Source of the DNA: Phycisphaerae bacterium
Lineage (GTDB): Bacteria; Planctomycetota; Phycisphaerae; UBA1845
Assembly: GCA_963667855.2 (NCBI GenBank)
Contig: CAXXKI010000002.1
Span: 8,828-72,827 of the forward strand
Length of the DNA: 64,000 nt
Direction: 5' to 3'
Shown piece after piece: positions 1-9,278 of the stretch. The notes beneath the pieces were generated by a model. That model did not search any database and was not told the DNA's origin. It saw only the letters and a list, made by a program, of their open reading frames with translations. Within the stretch, counting starts at the first letter, position 1. Every line of letters starts with the position of its first letter. Position numbers and translations under genes: made by a program.

Positions 1-1
1 C

Positions 2-1168
2 ATCGTCGGCTCCGGCGACCCATCCCTCGGAGCCTGGCACCCGGATGAGGACAAAAACAGTAAACAACTTCTCCAGGAATGGGCGGCCAAGATCAGGCAA
101 GCCGGTATAAAACGGATCCAGGGTAATATCATCGGTGACGGCCGGTGCTTCACCCGCGACTACTACAGCCCCTGGTGGGATTACTTCGACCTCCCCTACT
201 GGTACGCCACCGGCTCCAGCGGGCTGGCCATGGAGGAAAACGCCTACCGCGTGACCATCGTGCCCGGACCAACGGTCGGCTCACCGGCCGTAATCACCAT
301 GACTCCGGCCACCAGTTACGTCACCCTGGTCAACGAAACGAAAACCGTCGAAGCCGGAGGTAAAAGCAACGCCGATGGGGACTGGCAGATGACTGAGGGA
401 AACACCAAACGCTTCAACAAGACCATCGCTATCGATAAGGACGTGATTAACGAACGCGGCTCCGTCTGGGACGGAGCTAAATACGCCGCCCACCTGCTGA
501 AAGAGGAGTTACAACGCGAAGGAATATCCGTAACCGGCTCGCCCTTCAACATCCGCGAACTGGAAAACATCGATCACATAGACGGGCGCGACTCCGTCTG
601 AGCGAACCAATATCACCGTTACCGTTTCCCCCGCCCATGAGCGAAATCATCAAGGTCATCAACAAGCCCAGCCATAACTTCTTCGCCGACCAGGTGGTGC
701 GAACCCTGGGAATGGTAGTCAAAAACGAGGGCAGCTTCGACGCCGGAACAGCCGTCGTCCGCGAGTGGCTGGAGAAAATCAAAGCGCCGCAACTTAACGC
801 ATACCAGATGTTCGATGGATCCGGACTGGCGGCCGACAACTTCATCCAGCCCCAGCAGATGTGCCACGTTCTTCGCTACATGCGTAATTCTCCAAAACTT
901 GGGAAAATCTTTTTTGAATCCCTGCCCATCGGCGGCAAGGAGTCCGGCCTAAGAAAACGCATGCAATGGGATTGCACCAAGGGCAATGTCCACTGCGAAA
1001 ACGGGTTACATATCCAACGTGCGCTCACTCTCCGGATACGTTACCGATGCCGATGGCGAGGAACTTGTTTTTTCAATGATCTGCAACAAGTACGTCGTAT
1101 CCACGAAAGAAGTTAACGATTCCCAGGATCTGGCCTGCAAGGCATTGGCTCTTTTCAGCGATAAGTAA
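2..1168 (+). pseudogene. D-alanyl-D-alanine carboxypeptidase/endopeptidase (PBP4, peptidase S13 family). The 5' end is cut by the window edge and the gene is split over three reading-frame segments.
   Basis: Frame 2 (2..601) reads IVGSGDPSLGAWHP...GISVTGSPFN. Frame 1 (637..~993) carries the SxN box (VINKPSHNFFADQ). Frame 2 again (~995..1168) carries the KTG box (AKTGYISNVRSLSGYV). The pieces are collinear with the intact paralogue at 4000..5475. Removing t994 (cac-t-gcg) rejoins pieces 2 and 3. The first junction lies in 599..636. Confidence 0.6.
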
Positions 1169-1172
1169 AACC

Positions 1173-2798
1173 ATGAATCAACACGATATTATCATTCGCG
1201 GTGGAACTATTTACGACGGAAGCGGCACCGAACCCGTCGTTGGCGATATCGCCATCAACGGCGACAAAATCGCCGAAATAGGCGATCTCTCCGGTTCACA
1301 CGGTAAAACCGAAATAGACGCAGGCGGGCTGGCCGTCGCTCCCGGGTTTCATCAACATGATGAGCTGGGCCAACGAAACCCTTATCGAAGACGGCAAAAG
1401 CCAGAGCGATATCCGCCAGGGTGTAACCCTGGAGGTTCTCGGTGAAGGGTTTTCCATGGGCCCGCTCAACGATGCCATGAAACGCGACGAGATCGCACAG
1501 CAGGGCGACATCCGTTACGATATCCCCTGGACAACTCTCGGCGAATACCTGGAGCACCTGGCGCATCGTGGTGTTTCCCCTAACGTGGCCTCCTTCATGG
1601 GCGCAACCACCGCCCGCGTGTACGTCCTGGGCCATGACGACGTTCAGCCCGACGAAAACCAGCTGAACGAAAATGAAAAACCTCGTCCGCCAGGCGATGG
1701 AAGAGGGAGCGGTTGGGTTATCCACGGCCATCATCTACGCGCCATCCACCTACGCCAAGACCGAGGAGTTTCGTCGCCCTGGCCAAAGTGGCCGCTGAGT
1801 ACGACGGCATATACGCATCGCACATCCGCAACGAAGGCGACAACCTGCTGGAGGCTATTGATGAATTCCTCACCGTCGTCGAGCAGGCGAATATCCGCGG
1901 CGAAATCTACCATCTCAAGGCTACTGGTAAAGCCAATTGGCACAAGATGGACCTCGCCATCGAGAAAATAGAAACAGCCCGCGCCCGCGGCTTGGCCGTG
2001 ACCGCCGACATGTACACCTACCCCGCAAGCTCCACCGGACTGGACACGACCATGCCCCCCTGGGTCCGCGAAGGAGGACACCAGGCCTGGGTAGCCCGAC
2101 TCAAGGATCCGGAAATTCGCAAGCGGGTCATAAAGGATATGAACACCCCGTCCACCGAATGGGATAACGGTTATCTCATGGTCGGCTCGCCGGAAAATAT
2201 CCTCCTCGTAGGCTTCAAAAACGATTCCCTAAAACCACTATCCGGTAAAACCCTGGCTCAGATCGCCGCCGAAAGAAACACCAGCCCCGAAGAGACGGCC
2301 ATGGACCTGGTAATCGAGGACGACAGCGACGTTGGAGCGGTTTTCTTCTGCATGACCGAGGAAAACATCCATAAGAAAATCCGTCAGCCATGGATGAGTT
2401 TCTGTTCCGACGGCCGGTCACTGGCCACCGAAGGTGTTTTTCTCAAGCGAGATACCCACCCCAGAGCTTACGGCTCGTTCGCCCGATTGCTCGGTAAATA
2501 CGTACGGGAAGAAAAGGTCATACCCCTGGCCCAGGCCGTGCGACAACTGACCAGCTTGCCTGCGGAAAATCTCAAGCTGGACCGGAGAGGAAAACTCACC
2601 CCCGGTTACTTCGCCGACCTGGCCATCTTCGATGCGGATAAAATCCAGGACCACGCCACCTACGACAAACCGCATCAGTACGCAACCGGCATGCAACACG
2701 TTTTCGTGAACGGCGTTCAGGTCCTGAGCAACGGCGAACACACCGGAGCCAAACCGGGGCAGGTAGTCCGCGGACCAGGCTGGAAACTAAAAACGTAG
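1173..2798 (+). pseudogene. N-acyl-D-amino-acid deacylase (D-aminoacylase) family amidohydrolase, interrupted by three +1 frameshifts.
   Basis: The protein can be followed through four pieces: MNQHDIIIRGGTIYDGSG...LAVAPGF (frame 3); INMMSWANETLIEDGKSQSDIRQGVTLEV (frame 1); MKNLVRQAMEEGAVGLSTAIIYAPSTYAKTEE (frame 2, 1673..1771); FVALAKVAAEYDGIYASHIRNEG...VVRGPGWKLKT (frame 3). The extra bases map to c1350, one a in 1670..1673, and c1772. Confidence 0.6.
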
Positions 2799-2815
2799 GG
2801 TCTGCTGTGCAGACC
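2796..2815 (+). repeat. Stop-codon-embedded hairpin TAGGGTCTGCTGTGCAGACC (7-bp stem GGTCTGC/GCAGACC, loop TGT).
   Basis: The identical 20-mer, including the TAG stop, recurs on the minus strand at 41103..41122 after an unrelated gene. Confidence 0.6.
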
Positions 2816-2821
2816 AGTAAT

Positions 2822-3405
2822 AACCTCGGCCGGGTTAATCTAGTTATTCCACATCTGTTAAAATACGGATTTTTATGCCGTTCTTAGTGTCTTAGTGCCT
2901 TTGTGGTAATAATTTAAAACCACAAAGACACAAAGACACAAAGACACAAAGACACAGCGAAAAAATCGACGCCTGAACCACGCCTCTCATCCAATTCCAG
3001 CAGAACACCGATAAACGACAGCCAAATAGAGAAACAACAACACCGTTCTTAGTAAAAACCCCGGCCGAGTCAATCTGATTATTTCACATCCGTTAAAATA
3101 CGGATTGTGCCGTTCTTAGTGTCTTAGTGCCTTTGTGTTAATAATTTAAAACCACAAAGACACAAAGACACAGCGAAAAAATCGACGCCTGAACCACGCC
3201 TCTCATCCAATTCCAGCAGAACACCGATAAACGACAGCCAAATAGAGAAACAACAACGCCGTTCTAAGTAAATACCCCGGCTCGGTTGATCTGGTTATTC
3301 CACATCCGCTAAAATACCGATTTTTATGCCGTTCTTAGTGTCTTAGTGCCTTTGTGGTAATAATTTAAAACCACAAAGACACTAAGACACAAAGAAAAGA
3401 CAGAG
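2822..3405. repeat. Tandem array of about 2.6 copies of a 219-232 bp non-coding unit. Each unit carries a ~21-bp-stem hairpin and a CACAAAGA octamer microsatellite.
   Basis: The anchor gccgttcttagtg occurs at 2877, 3109 and 3328, giving periods of 232 and 219. The hairpin is GTGTCTTAGTGCCTTTGTGGT-loop-ACCACAAAGACACAAAGACAC (2887..2939 in copy 1). The octamer is present 4, 2 and ~3 times in the three copies. Confidence 0.85.
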
Positions 3406-3434
3406 CATACCTGTATACTTTTTCCATCTTTGAA

Positions 3435-3551
3435 TTAACGTACACTATAACCACATTCCGGACAAGCTTTCGAGTCCGTTCCGAATAGGTCATACCCGCA
3501 ATTCGCACACAGTACATCATAATCCGCCGGCGACCATGGCCGTAGAGCTAT
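3435..3551 (-). other. In-frame continuation after the TAG stop that encodes a zinc ribbon and has no start codon of its own.
   Basis: Directly after TAG (3552..3554), the same frame reads IALRPWSPADYDVLCANCGYDLFGTDSKACPECGYSVR then TAA (3435..3437). This is the same CxxCxY(D/N)L...CPEC(G/A) ribbon as in the ORFs at 44484, 60045 and 61241. Confidence 0.5.
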
Positions 3552-3989
3552 CTACTCCTTACCGACATATGTTGTTGCAATAACCACCCCAATAGCCATC
3601 AAAGAGGATCCGATCACGTATTCCATATCCACACAACCAAAACCTATCCGGGAATTAAATGCTGCTATGATCTCACCCACAGCCAACAGGCCCAATACCG
3701 CAAGTGAGCCAATTACGCAAAACCGCCATCGTCTCCGCCTTAGAACCTTCAAAAACGAAAACAACACAAGCAATAACGAGGCCGGAAAACCGGTAACGCG
3801 CAACACTCTTAATAGTTCAGATCCAGGATATGTTTTCTCCGTATTCGGTATCAGGTCAAGTGTACCAAACAATTCGTATCCATAAGCACACAAAAAGAAA
3901 AGCAGCACGGCGCATCCGGAAAACTGTAGAACGGGCTCCGGCCTGCTCGCCGGTTCGCGGCGATATCTGGTTTTAACTTCCTGCCGCAT
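3552..3989 (-). CDS. Hypothetical polytopic membrane protein (about 4 TM segments), ending at an in-frame TAG.
   Basis: 145-aa ORF with hydrophobic segments (CAVLLFFLCAYGYELF, GFPASLLLVLFSFL, FCVIGSLAVLGLLAVGEIIAAF, SLMAIGVVIATTYV). It starts 10 nt downstream of the dacB stop, in the same operon. Confidence 0.55.
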   Translation of the reverse strand: MRQEVKTRYRREPASRPEPVLQFSGCAVLLFFLCAYGYELFGTLDLIPNTEKTYPGSELLRVLRVTGFPASLLLVLFSFLKVLRRRRWRFCVIGSLAVLGLLAVGEIIAAFNSRIGFGCVDMEYVIGSSLMAIGVVIATTYVGKE

Positions 3990-3999
3990 GCTATTCCAG

Positions 4000-5475
4000 C
4001 TACTCCCAATCCGTCAGAATACGACAGGCGTTATCCTGCAACCCCTCAAACGGTTTCACACTACCGGGGATCCTGTTGTATATGATCGAAAACGTCAGCC
4101 ATTTTCCCTTTTTGGTTTTCACATATCCGCTCAAGGCCCGAACTCCGTTAATCAGCCCGGTTTTGACGAAAACATGCCCCTCAAGATCCTTCATCCGCCC
4201 GTGAAGAGAGCCACCGCTTACCGGGTTGGCCAGGCTGTCACGGTACACCTTCGCATCCGCTCTCTTATACATGGTCGCGAAAATGTCGGTTATCATCCGC
4301 GCAGTCACCTTGTTCAAATGACTCAAACCTGACCCGTCGGCCAGCACAAACTGGCTGTCGTCGATATTGCTTTTCTTCAAGAACGCCCGAATCGCCTTTT
4401 CTCCATCGGTCCACGAACCTGGAACTTTCTTCCCCTGGCGAGCCATAAACGCCTGCCCATTAAGCTTACTCAAGCATTCAGCAAAAAGGTTCTGGCTGTT
4501 GGTGTTTATCCGGGAGAGGACATTAATCATCGAGGTTTCATGAACAGCGATCACCTTGCTTCTGTCCGGAGGGATAGCTCTGCCCAGAGGAGCATCCGCA
4601 CTCTTTAAACGGCCTGTAACTTTTATACCCCGTTTTTCCAAATGCGTTTTAAAAGCATCGGCAAAAAACTCCCCTGGATTATCCACCGGCTTGCTCTTTA
4701 ACTCCGTTTTTATCCTGCATCCTCCGTCTATTTCATAGACATTGCCATCCGGCAACTTGATTATAGCAGGCCGGCAACGCGGACGTTTGGTAATACACTT
4801 ATTATTAACGGTAATACAAGATACGGGAGGCATAACAGTATAAGATACCGGCTTGCCACTGAATGTCGGCGTGATCGTAATATCCACGCAGTTATCATTA
4901 AAATTCAAACCGGAAACAGGAGCACCATACCAGTGCAACACGCTCTCTCCCCACGAGTCGTGAACCAGCTGGTTATCGAGCGCCCCTTCATAATAGTAAA
5001 TATCGCCAACCGTGCCGATATGATGCTGAATAAGCTTATCCGCCCACTGGTCCAGCATGGTTACGGTATTACCACCTTTGAGTTTAGCCAATCGCGGATC
5101 ACCCGTACCTGGATCCCCCGTCCCGATGATCCACAAGTCGCCGCCTTCCTTTGCAAGATAGGTCTTGAAAGTATGCTGAGTACCGAAAAGATCCAGACCG
5201 GCCGCCGTTACCGGTATTTTCATATTGCTCGCCGGAGTAAAGGGTACGTCTATATCATGCGCGTAAAGTTCCCGCCCGGTGGAAAGCTCCACCACGCGAG
5301 CGGTATAAACCGCCCCGGTATCCGACAAACTGCCCAACACCTCATCGAGCTGAGCAGTAAGAGCGGGATCATGCCCGGCCGACACGCATCCGGAGACAAC
5401 GAAAAACGTCAACAGCAAGAATGAAAATGCGAACCGCTTCATGGTTAAAACTCCCTTTGGAGCAACAGCTTTCAT
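4000..5475 (-). CDS. dacB: D-alanyl-D-alanine carboxypeptidase/endopeptidase, PBP4 (peptidase S13).
   Basis: Signal/lipoprotein-like N-terminus (FFVVSGCVSA). SxxK box (ASNMKI), SxN box (NTNSQNLF), KTG box (VFVKTGLINGVRALSGYV). 491 aa. Confidence 0.9.
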   Translation of the reverse strand: MKAVAPKGVLTMKRFAFSFLLLTFFVVSGCVSAGHDPALTAQLDEVLGSLSDTGAVYTARVVELSTGRELYAHDIDVPFTPASNMKIPVTAAGLDLFGTQHTFKTYLAKEGGDLWIIGTGDPGTGDPRLAKLKGGNTVTMLDQWADKLIQHHIGTVGDIYYYEGALDNQLVHDSWGESVLHWYGAPVSGLNFNDNCVDITITPTFSGKPVSYTVMPPVSCITVNNKCITKRPRCRPAIIKLPDGNVYEIDGGCRIKTELKSKPVDNPGEFFADAFKTHLEKRGIKVTGRLKSADAPLGRAIPPDRSKVIAVHETSMINVLSRINTNSQNLFAECLSKLNGQAFMARQGKKVPGSWTDGEKAIRAFLKKSNIDDSQFVLADGSGLSHLNKVTARMITDIFATMYKRADAKVYRDSLANPVSGGSLHGRMKDLEGHVFVKTGLINGVRALSGYVKTKKGKWLTFSIIYNRIPGSVKPFEGLQDNACRILTDWE

Positions 5476-5478
5476 TAA

Positions 5479-6027
5479 TTAACTGAACATCAAGTTAGCA
5501 ATCCAAACTGCAGCCAGGATACCAGCCAGGTCGGCCAGCAGACCAGCGACCATAGCGTGCCTGATTTTCTTAATTCCAACCGCCCCGAAATAGAGGGCGA
5601 TAACGTAAAAAGTGGTATCTGTACTCCCAAACATAGTGGAAGCAATTTTAGCATTCAAGGAATCCGGGTTTTGCGTAACCACGTCGGTTACCATACCCAA
5701 AGCTCCGGCACCAGACAGTGGCTTCATCAGCGCCACAGGTAGCGTTTCCGGCGGCATACCGATTGCCAGCGTAATCGGGGCTAACTGCTCCGTTAAAAAC
5801 TCCAGGGCCCCCGAAGCTTTAAACAAGCCTATAGCAACCAGAATCGTAACTATATAAGGGAGAATTTGTATAAAAATATCGAATCCTTCCTTGCCACCCT
5901 CAACAAACGATTCATAGACCTTAACTTTTCGGGTCATCCCATAAAGGATTATGAAGAAGAACATCAGGGGAATAGTCCAATTCGATATCTGTTCTATTAC
6001 GTTTTTGAATGATTCGCCATCAAACAT
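5479..6027 (-). CDS. spmB: Nucleoside-recognition (Gate) domain membrane protein, SpmB-like.
   Basis: 182 aa, polytopic. LMKPLSGAGALGM and FGSTDTTFYVIALYFGAVGI resemble spore maturation protein B. An ATGA start/stop overlap joins it to the upstream spmA-like gene. Confidence 0.65.
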   Translation of the reverse strand: MFDGESFKNVIEQISNWTIPLMFFFIILYGMTRKVKVYESFVEGGKEGFDIFIQILPYIVTILVAIGLFKASGALEFLTEQLAPITLAIGMPPETLPVALMKPLSGAGALGMVTDVVTQNPDSLNAKIASTMFGSTDTTFYVIALYFGAVGIKKIRHAMVAGLLADLAGILAAVWIANLMFS

Positions 6028-7001
6028 TATGCATCCTCCCCTTCTGCGGAGGTGTTGGCCGCCGCCAATTCTTTCTGCTGTTCGGCCACTGCGGTTTTCA
6101 CCGAGAAAACTGGGATTTTACCCAACACCTTGACCATGATAATAGCCACCAGAGTTGAAACAGCCCCCGCAAACATGCACGTACCGATGATCTCGAATGG
6201 ATCGGAACAACCGGCAGTCTTCCTCATTGCAATCAATGTAGTAGGTAGAAGCGCCAACCCGGCCGTGTTATATCCGAGCAGCATAACCTGCGATTCTGTA
6301 GCTATTCCGGGATTAGGGTTAAGAGTTTCCAATTCCTTCATCGCCTTGATTCCAAACGGGGTGGCCGCGTTGCCCAATCCGAGAATCGTCGTCGTTACGT
6401 TCATCAGGATCGCCCCGCTCGCCGGATGATCCTTGGGGACATCGGGAAAAAGGAATCGGATTACCGGGTAAAACACCTTGGCAACGAGTTGGACAATTCC
6501 GGCCTCCTCCCCGACTTTCATCAAACCGAGAAAAAGAACCATCGAGGCAACCAGCCCAAGGGCGATTGTAAAACCTGTTTCGGCATAATCGAAAGCCGCT
6601 TCAGTAAACCCCTTGAGATTCGCCAATCGCCCCGTCTTGAACACCTTGCCACCGATAGCCACGGCGTATTGGGCGTTCGCTTCGCTATCCCAGGTCAACA
6701 CATGCGCCTCACCAATATGTTCGACGGAAATCAGCCACGGCTTTTCACCTTCAGCAGCCTGCGCGGTGTCGGTAATCACCAGTTCATCACCATTTTTCAC
6801 TACCGCGTACTCATAGGCCGGCTTGTTCTCCTTGTCGTAAACAAGCGTAATTGAAAGAGGAACGGAATCGTCATAGTCCTTGATCCACTCATCATTGATA
6901 ACTGTTTTAGTAGGCATATAGGTCTGCGCAACACACAAGGCGAATGCGGATAAAACCATCAGTCCCCAGATGGTATTTATATTGAGAAAATACTTAAACA
7001 T
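6027..7001 (-). CDS. spmA: Nucleoside-recognition (Gate) domain membrane protein, SpmA-like, with a ~130-aa insertion after TM1.
   Basis: The central and C-terminal parts (GIVQLVAKVFYPVIRFLFPDVPKDHPASGAILMNVTTTILGLGNAATPFG) match the SpmA/FeoB-gate fold. The extra soluble segment lies between the first two TM helices. Confidence 0.65.
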   Translation of the reverse strand: MFKYFLNINTIWGLMVLSAFALCVAQTYMPTKTVINDEWIKDYDDSVPLSITLVYDKENKPAYEYAVVKNGDELVITDTAQAAEGEKPWLISVEHIGEAHVLTWDSEANAQYAVAIGGKVFKTGRLANLKGFTEAAFDYAETGFTIALGLVASMVLFLGLMKVGEEAGIVQLVAKVFYPVIRFLFPDVPKDHPASGAILMNVTTTILGLGNAATPFGIKAMKELETLNPNPGIATESQVMLLGYNTAGLALLPTTLIAMRKTAGCSDPFEIIGTCMFAGAVSTLVAIIMVKVLGKIPVFSVKTAVAEQQKELAAANTSAEGEDA

Positions 7002-7043
7002 GCTTTTACGTCCTCCGTACGGTACGTAACTGGTTTAACTTAT

Positions 7044-9278
7044 TTACGACAACCTTCGCGCGGCAAGAAACGTGCTGTCCCGATACTCGGAGTACAACGG
7101 ATCGTCCTTATCCAGACTGTTAATCTTCACTTCTGGCGGTGCGCTATGTATGAAATGTTTATTCGTCAAAGCAAACGCCACATGGAATATCTTCCCCGTT
7201 CCGTTTATGAAATAAAGCAGATCACCCGGTTTTATATCATCGCGATACCACCTGGTAGCCACCAGTTTACCCGGCAGAAACTGCTGAAACGCGTCACGCG
7301 ATACGGTTTTACCCATTTGAGCATGAACGTTGCGAACCAAACCGCTGCAATCCAGCCCCACCGAAGAGACCGCCCCGAATACATAAGGCAAATGCAGAAA
7401 ACTCAAGGCCTTCTGCAACTTCTCCTCCGCACCATGGGTTTCCTCAGTCAGGTTGACATTGCACGCCGGAACCGCAAACTCCTCCATGTCGCACCCCAGC
7501 AAGATCACCTCCGCCTCGCCAACGGAAACAACAGGAAGTATACTCCCGCGAACGATCCTCCGGTCAGCAAGAATCGTATCCTCTACAAAAACCGCCGACC
7601 CGGCATTGGCAAAACGGCTATACGTTTCGCGATCGACAACCCCAATACACGCCCGGCGAACCCAGCCGCAATATCCGTCGCGCCCGCAAACAAGATAATA
7701 ATCCTCCTCCGCATCCAGCAGCATCACCGGCTCACCGTAAAGAAGCTGAGTGCAAAGCGGTTCGGTCTCCGCAGGACCGGCATAAGTAAGTGCCATTGAA
7801 GAAACACACAGACCAAAACGGTCTTCGCCCGTCCGCCCCTGCTCGGGAAGAAGACGCATCTCATTCCGCACCTTGGGTATTCCAATAACCTTGAGTGCAT
7901 CAGCCAGCGAGTGGCGAAGAATGGCCGTATTCGTCGCCCCGGAAATGATTACCGTATCATCCTCCACCGACACTACCGGCTCATGATAAACGAAAGTGTG
8001 GTCGTGAAAGGTCTGAACGAACATGTTGCAGAACCAGCCGGCTTTTTCCAAAGGCAGATCGCCGTCAGGCCAGACCTTCCTCGCCGCCAGGGCCAGAGCC
8101 TCCTCCGAAGTTCGATTGGGAAATAGCGGAACAGAACCGACGGGCCCCGAAGCAGGGCACTCCGCCCGCAAACCCTTCAGCTCATCCTCCTGATTACTAC
8201 AGAATTCTACCAACGCCTTGAAAACACTAACCGCCTGCCCGTACAAAGATCGCCGATATTCAAACTCGGTCCCATCCTTCGGGCCAATCTCCAGGTCACA
8301 GGTAACGCCCGGCTGATTCGTTTCGCCGCCAACCGATGCAGACTCTCCGCTCCCATCTGCATTACTGCTGTCACCCGATTCCGTCGAACCAAAGGATCCC
8401 AGAACGAAACCGATCTTCGCAGCAGCACCGCTTTCCCGCGAACAATCAATTGCAATCGCCACATCCACCGACTTCGCTTTGCACAGTGCCGCGATATAAG
8501 CATCCCGATCACCGGGAATCGCTCGATCATCTGCCCGGGTCATAACCGGCACCCCACCGCCCGCTTGCACCAGGTGAAAAAGATACCCGCCAATCATGAG
8601 CGCCGCGTCCTCGTCGATCCTTTTTTGCGAACCAGCAGAACCCCCACCGGCCGGATCGATCGCCACCACTACCCCCGGCAGCTCATTCCCTTCCGGTAGC
8701 CAGGCCGGCTTGAATTGACCAATTACGGTTTCGATGTCGAAACGACTGCACATATTTGAATCTTCTCCTGCAGTTTCTGCGGGCGAAACTTCCGGTTTAC
8801 AATACGAAAACCGCCCGCGACTTACCCCCGAATCGCGCCGAACCTCGCCGCCAGCTCCTGCCCAACAGACACGAAAAAGATGATTACCAGGTTCGGTCCG
8901 CTCAGGATAACCTAATATCAAGCTGGATGTGAAACTCCGCCCCCCATTTTTCGCCCGATTGAGGTGAAAGAACGCTTTTTGCGACGATTTCACCCTCTCA
9001 AAATTGTCATAAAAAGCTCTCCACCCGCCCTTTTCCGCTCCCAAAGCAGTCAACGAACAGACACCCAAGGGGGCGCCCATCATGTTCGCCTCACCGTTCG
9101 CAACCCGAACCCCAGCACAATAATTCCCCGCCAACGGAGTGCAAACTGCTCTTCCGACAGGCCGCTCACAAGCATCATCCCGCCAGCAATATCGATGAAC
9201 CTGAAAAACAATCGCCCCCAAAACCAGAACCATCCCCAGAAGTGTTTTCAATTCAGCCATGACCATGCTCCTTTCCAT
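7044..9278 (-). CDS. Multidomain cell-wall hydrolase: signal anchor, amidase_3-like domain with substituted metal ligands, SH3b-like domain, and C-terminal NlpC/P60 peptidase.
   Basis: NlpC/P60 catalytic region GLDCSGLVRNVHAQMG...GKIFHVAFALTNKHFIHS. SH3b-like GEPVMLLDAEEDYYLVCGRDGYCGWV. Amidase_3-like VVVAIDPAGGGS...VMTRADD...VAIAIDCS, where the canonical motifs would be DPGHGG and SIHxN. The start is uncertain (ATGs at 9278, 9266 and 9260; the ORF is open to 9347). Confidence 0.75.
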   Translation of the reverse strand: MERSMVMAELKTLLGMVLVLGAIVFQVHRYCWRDDACERPVGRAVCTPLAGNYCAGVRVANGEANMMGAPLGVCSLTALGAEKGGWRAFYDNFERVKSSQKAFFHLNRAKNGGRSFTSSLILGYPERTEPGNHLFRVCWAGAGGEVRRDSGVSRGRFSYCKPEVSPAETAGEDSNMCSRFDIETVIGQFKPAWLPEGNELPGVVVAIDPAGGGSAGSQKRIDEDAALMIGGYLFHLVQAGGGVPVMTRADDRAIPGDRDAYIAALCKAKSVDVAIAIDCSRESGAAAKIGFVLGSFGSTESGDSSNADGSGESASVGGETNQPGVTCDLEIGPKDGTEFEYRRSLYGQAVSVFKALVEFCSNQEDELKGLRAECPASGPVGSVPLFPNRTSEEALALAARKVWPDGDLPLEKAGWFCNMFVQTFHDHTFVYHEPVVSVEDDTVIISGATNTAILRHSLADALKVIGIPKVRNEMRLLPEQGRTGEDRFGLCVSSMALTYAGPAETEPLCTQLLYGEPVMLLDAEEDYYLVCGRDGYCGWVRRACIGVVDRETYSRFANAGSAVFVEDTILADRRIVRGSILPVVSVGEAEVILLGCDMEEFAVPACNVNLTEETHGAEEKLQKALSFLHLPYVFGAVSSVGLDCSGLVRNVHAQMGKTVSRDAFQQFLPGKLVATRWYRDDIKPGDLLYFINGTGKIFHVAFALTNKHFIHSAPPEVKINSLDKDDPLYSEYRDSTFLAARRLS

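Noticed and set aside
2822-3405. Possible CRISPR array, suggested by regularly repeated sequence with hairpins.
   Set aside because: The repeat period is 219-232 bp with conserved sequence between hairpins, so there is no alternation of 25-40-nt repeats with unique spacers. No cas genes are present in the window.
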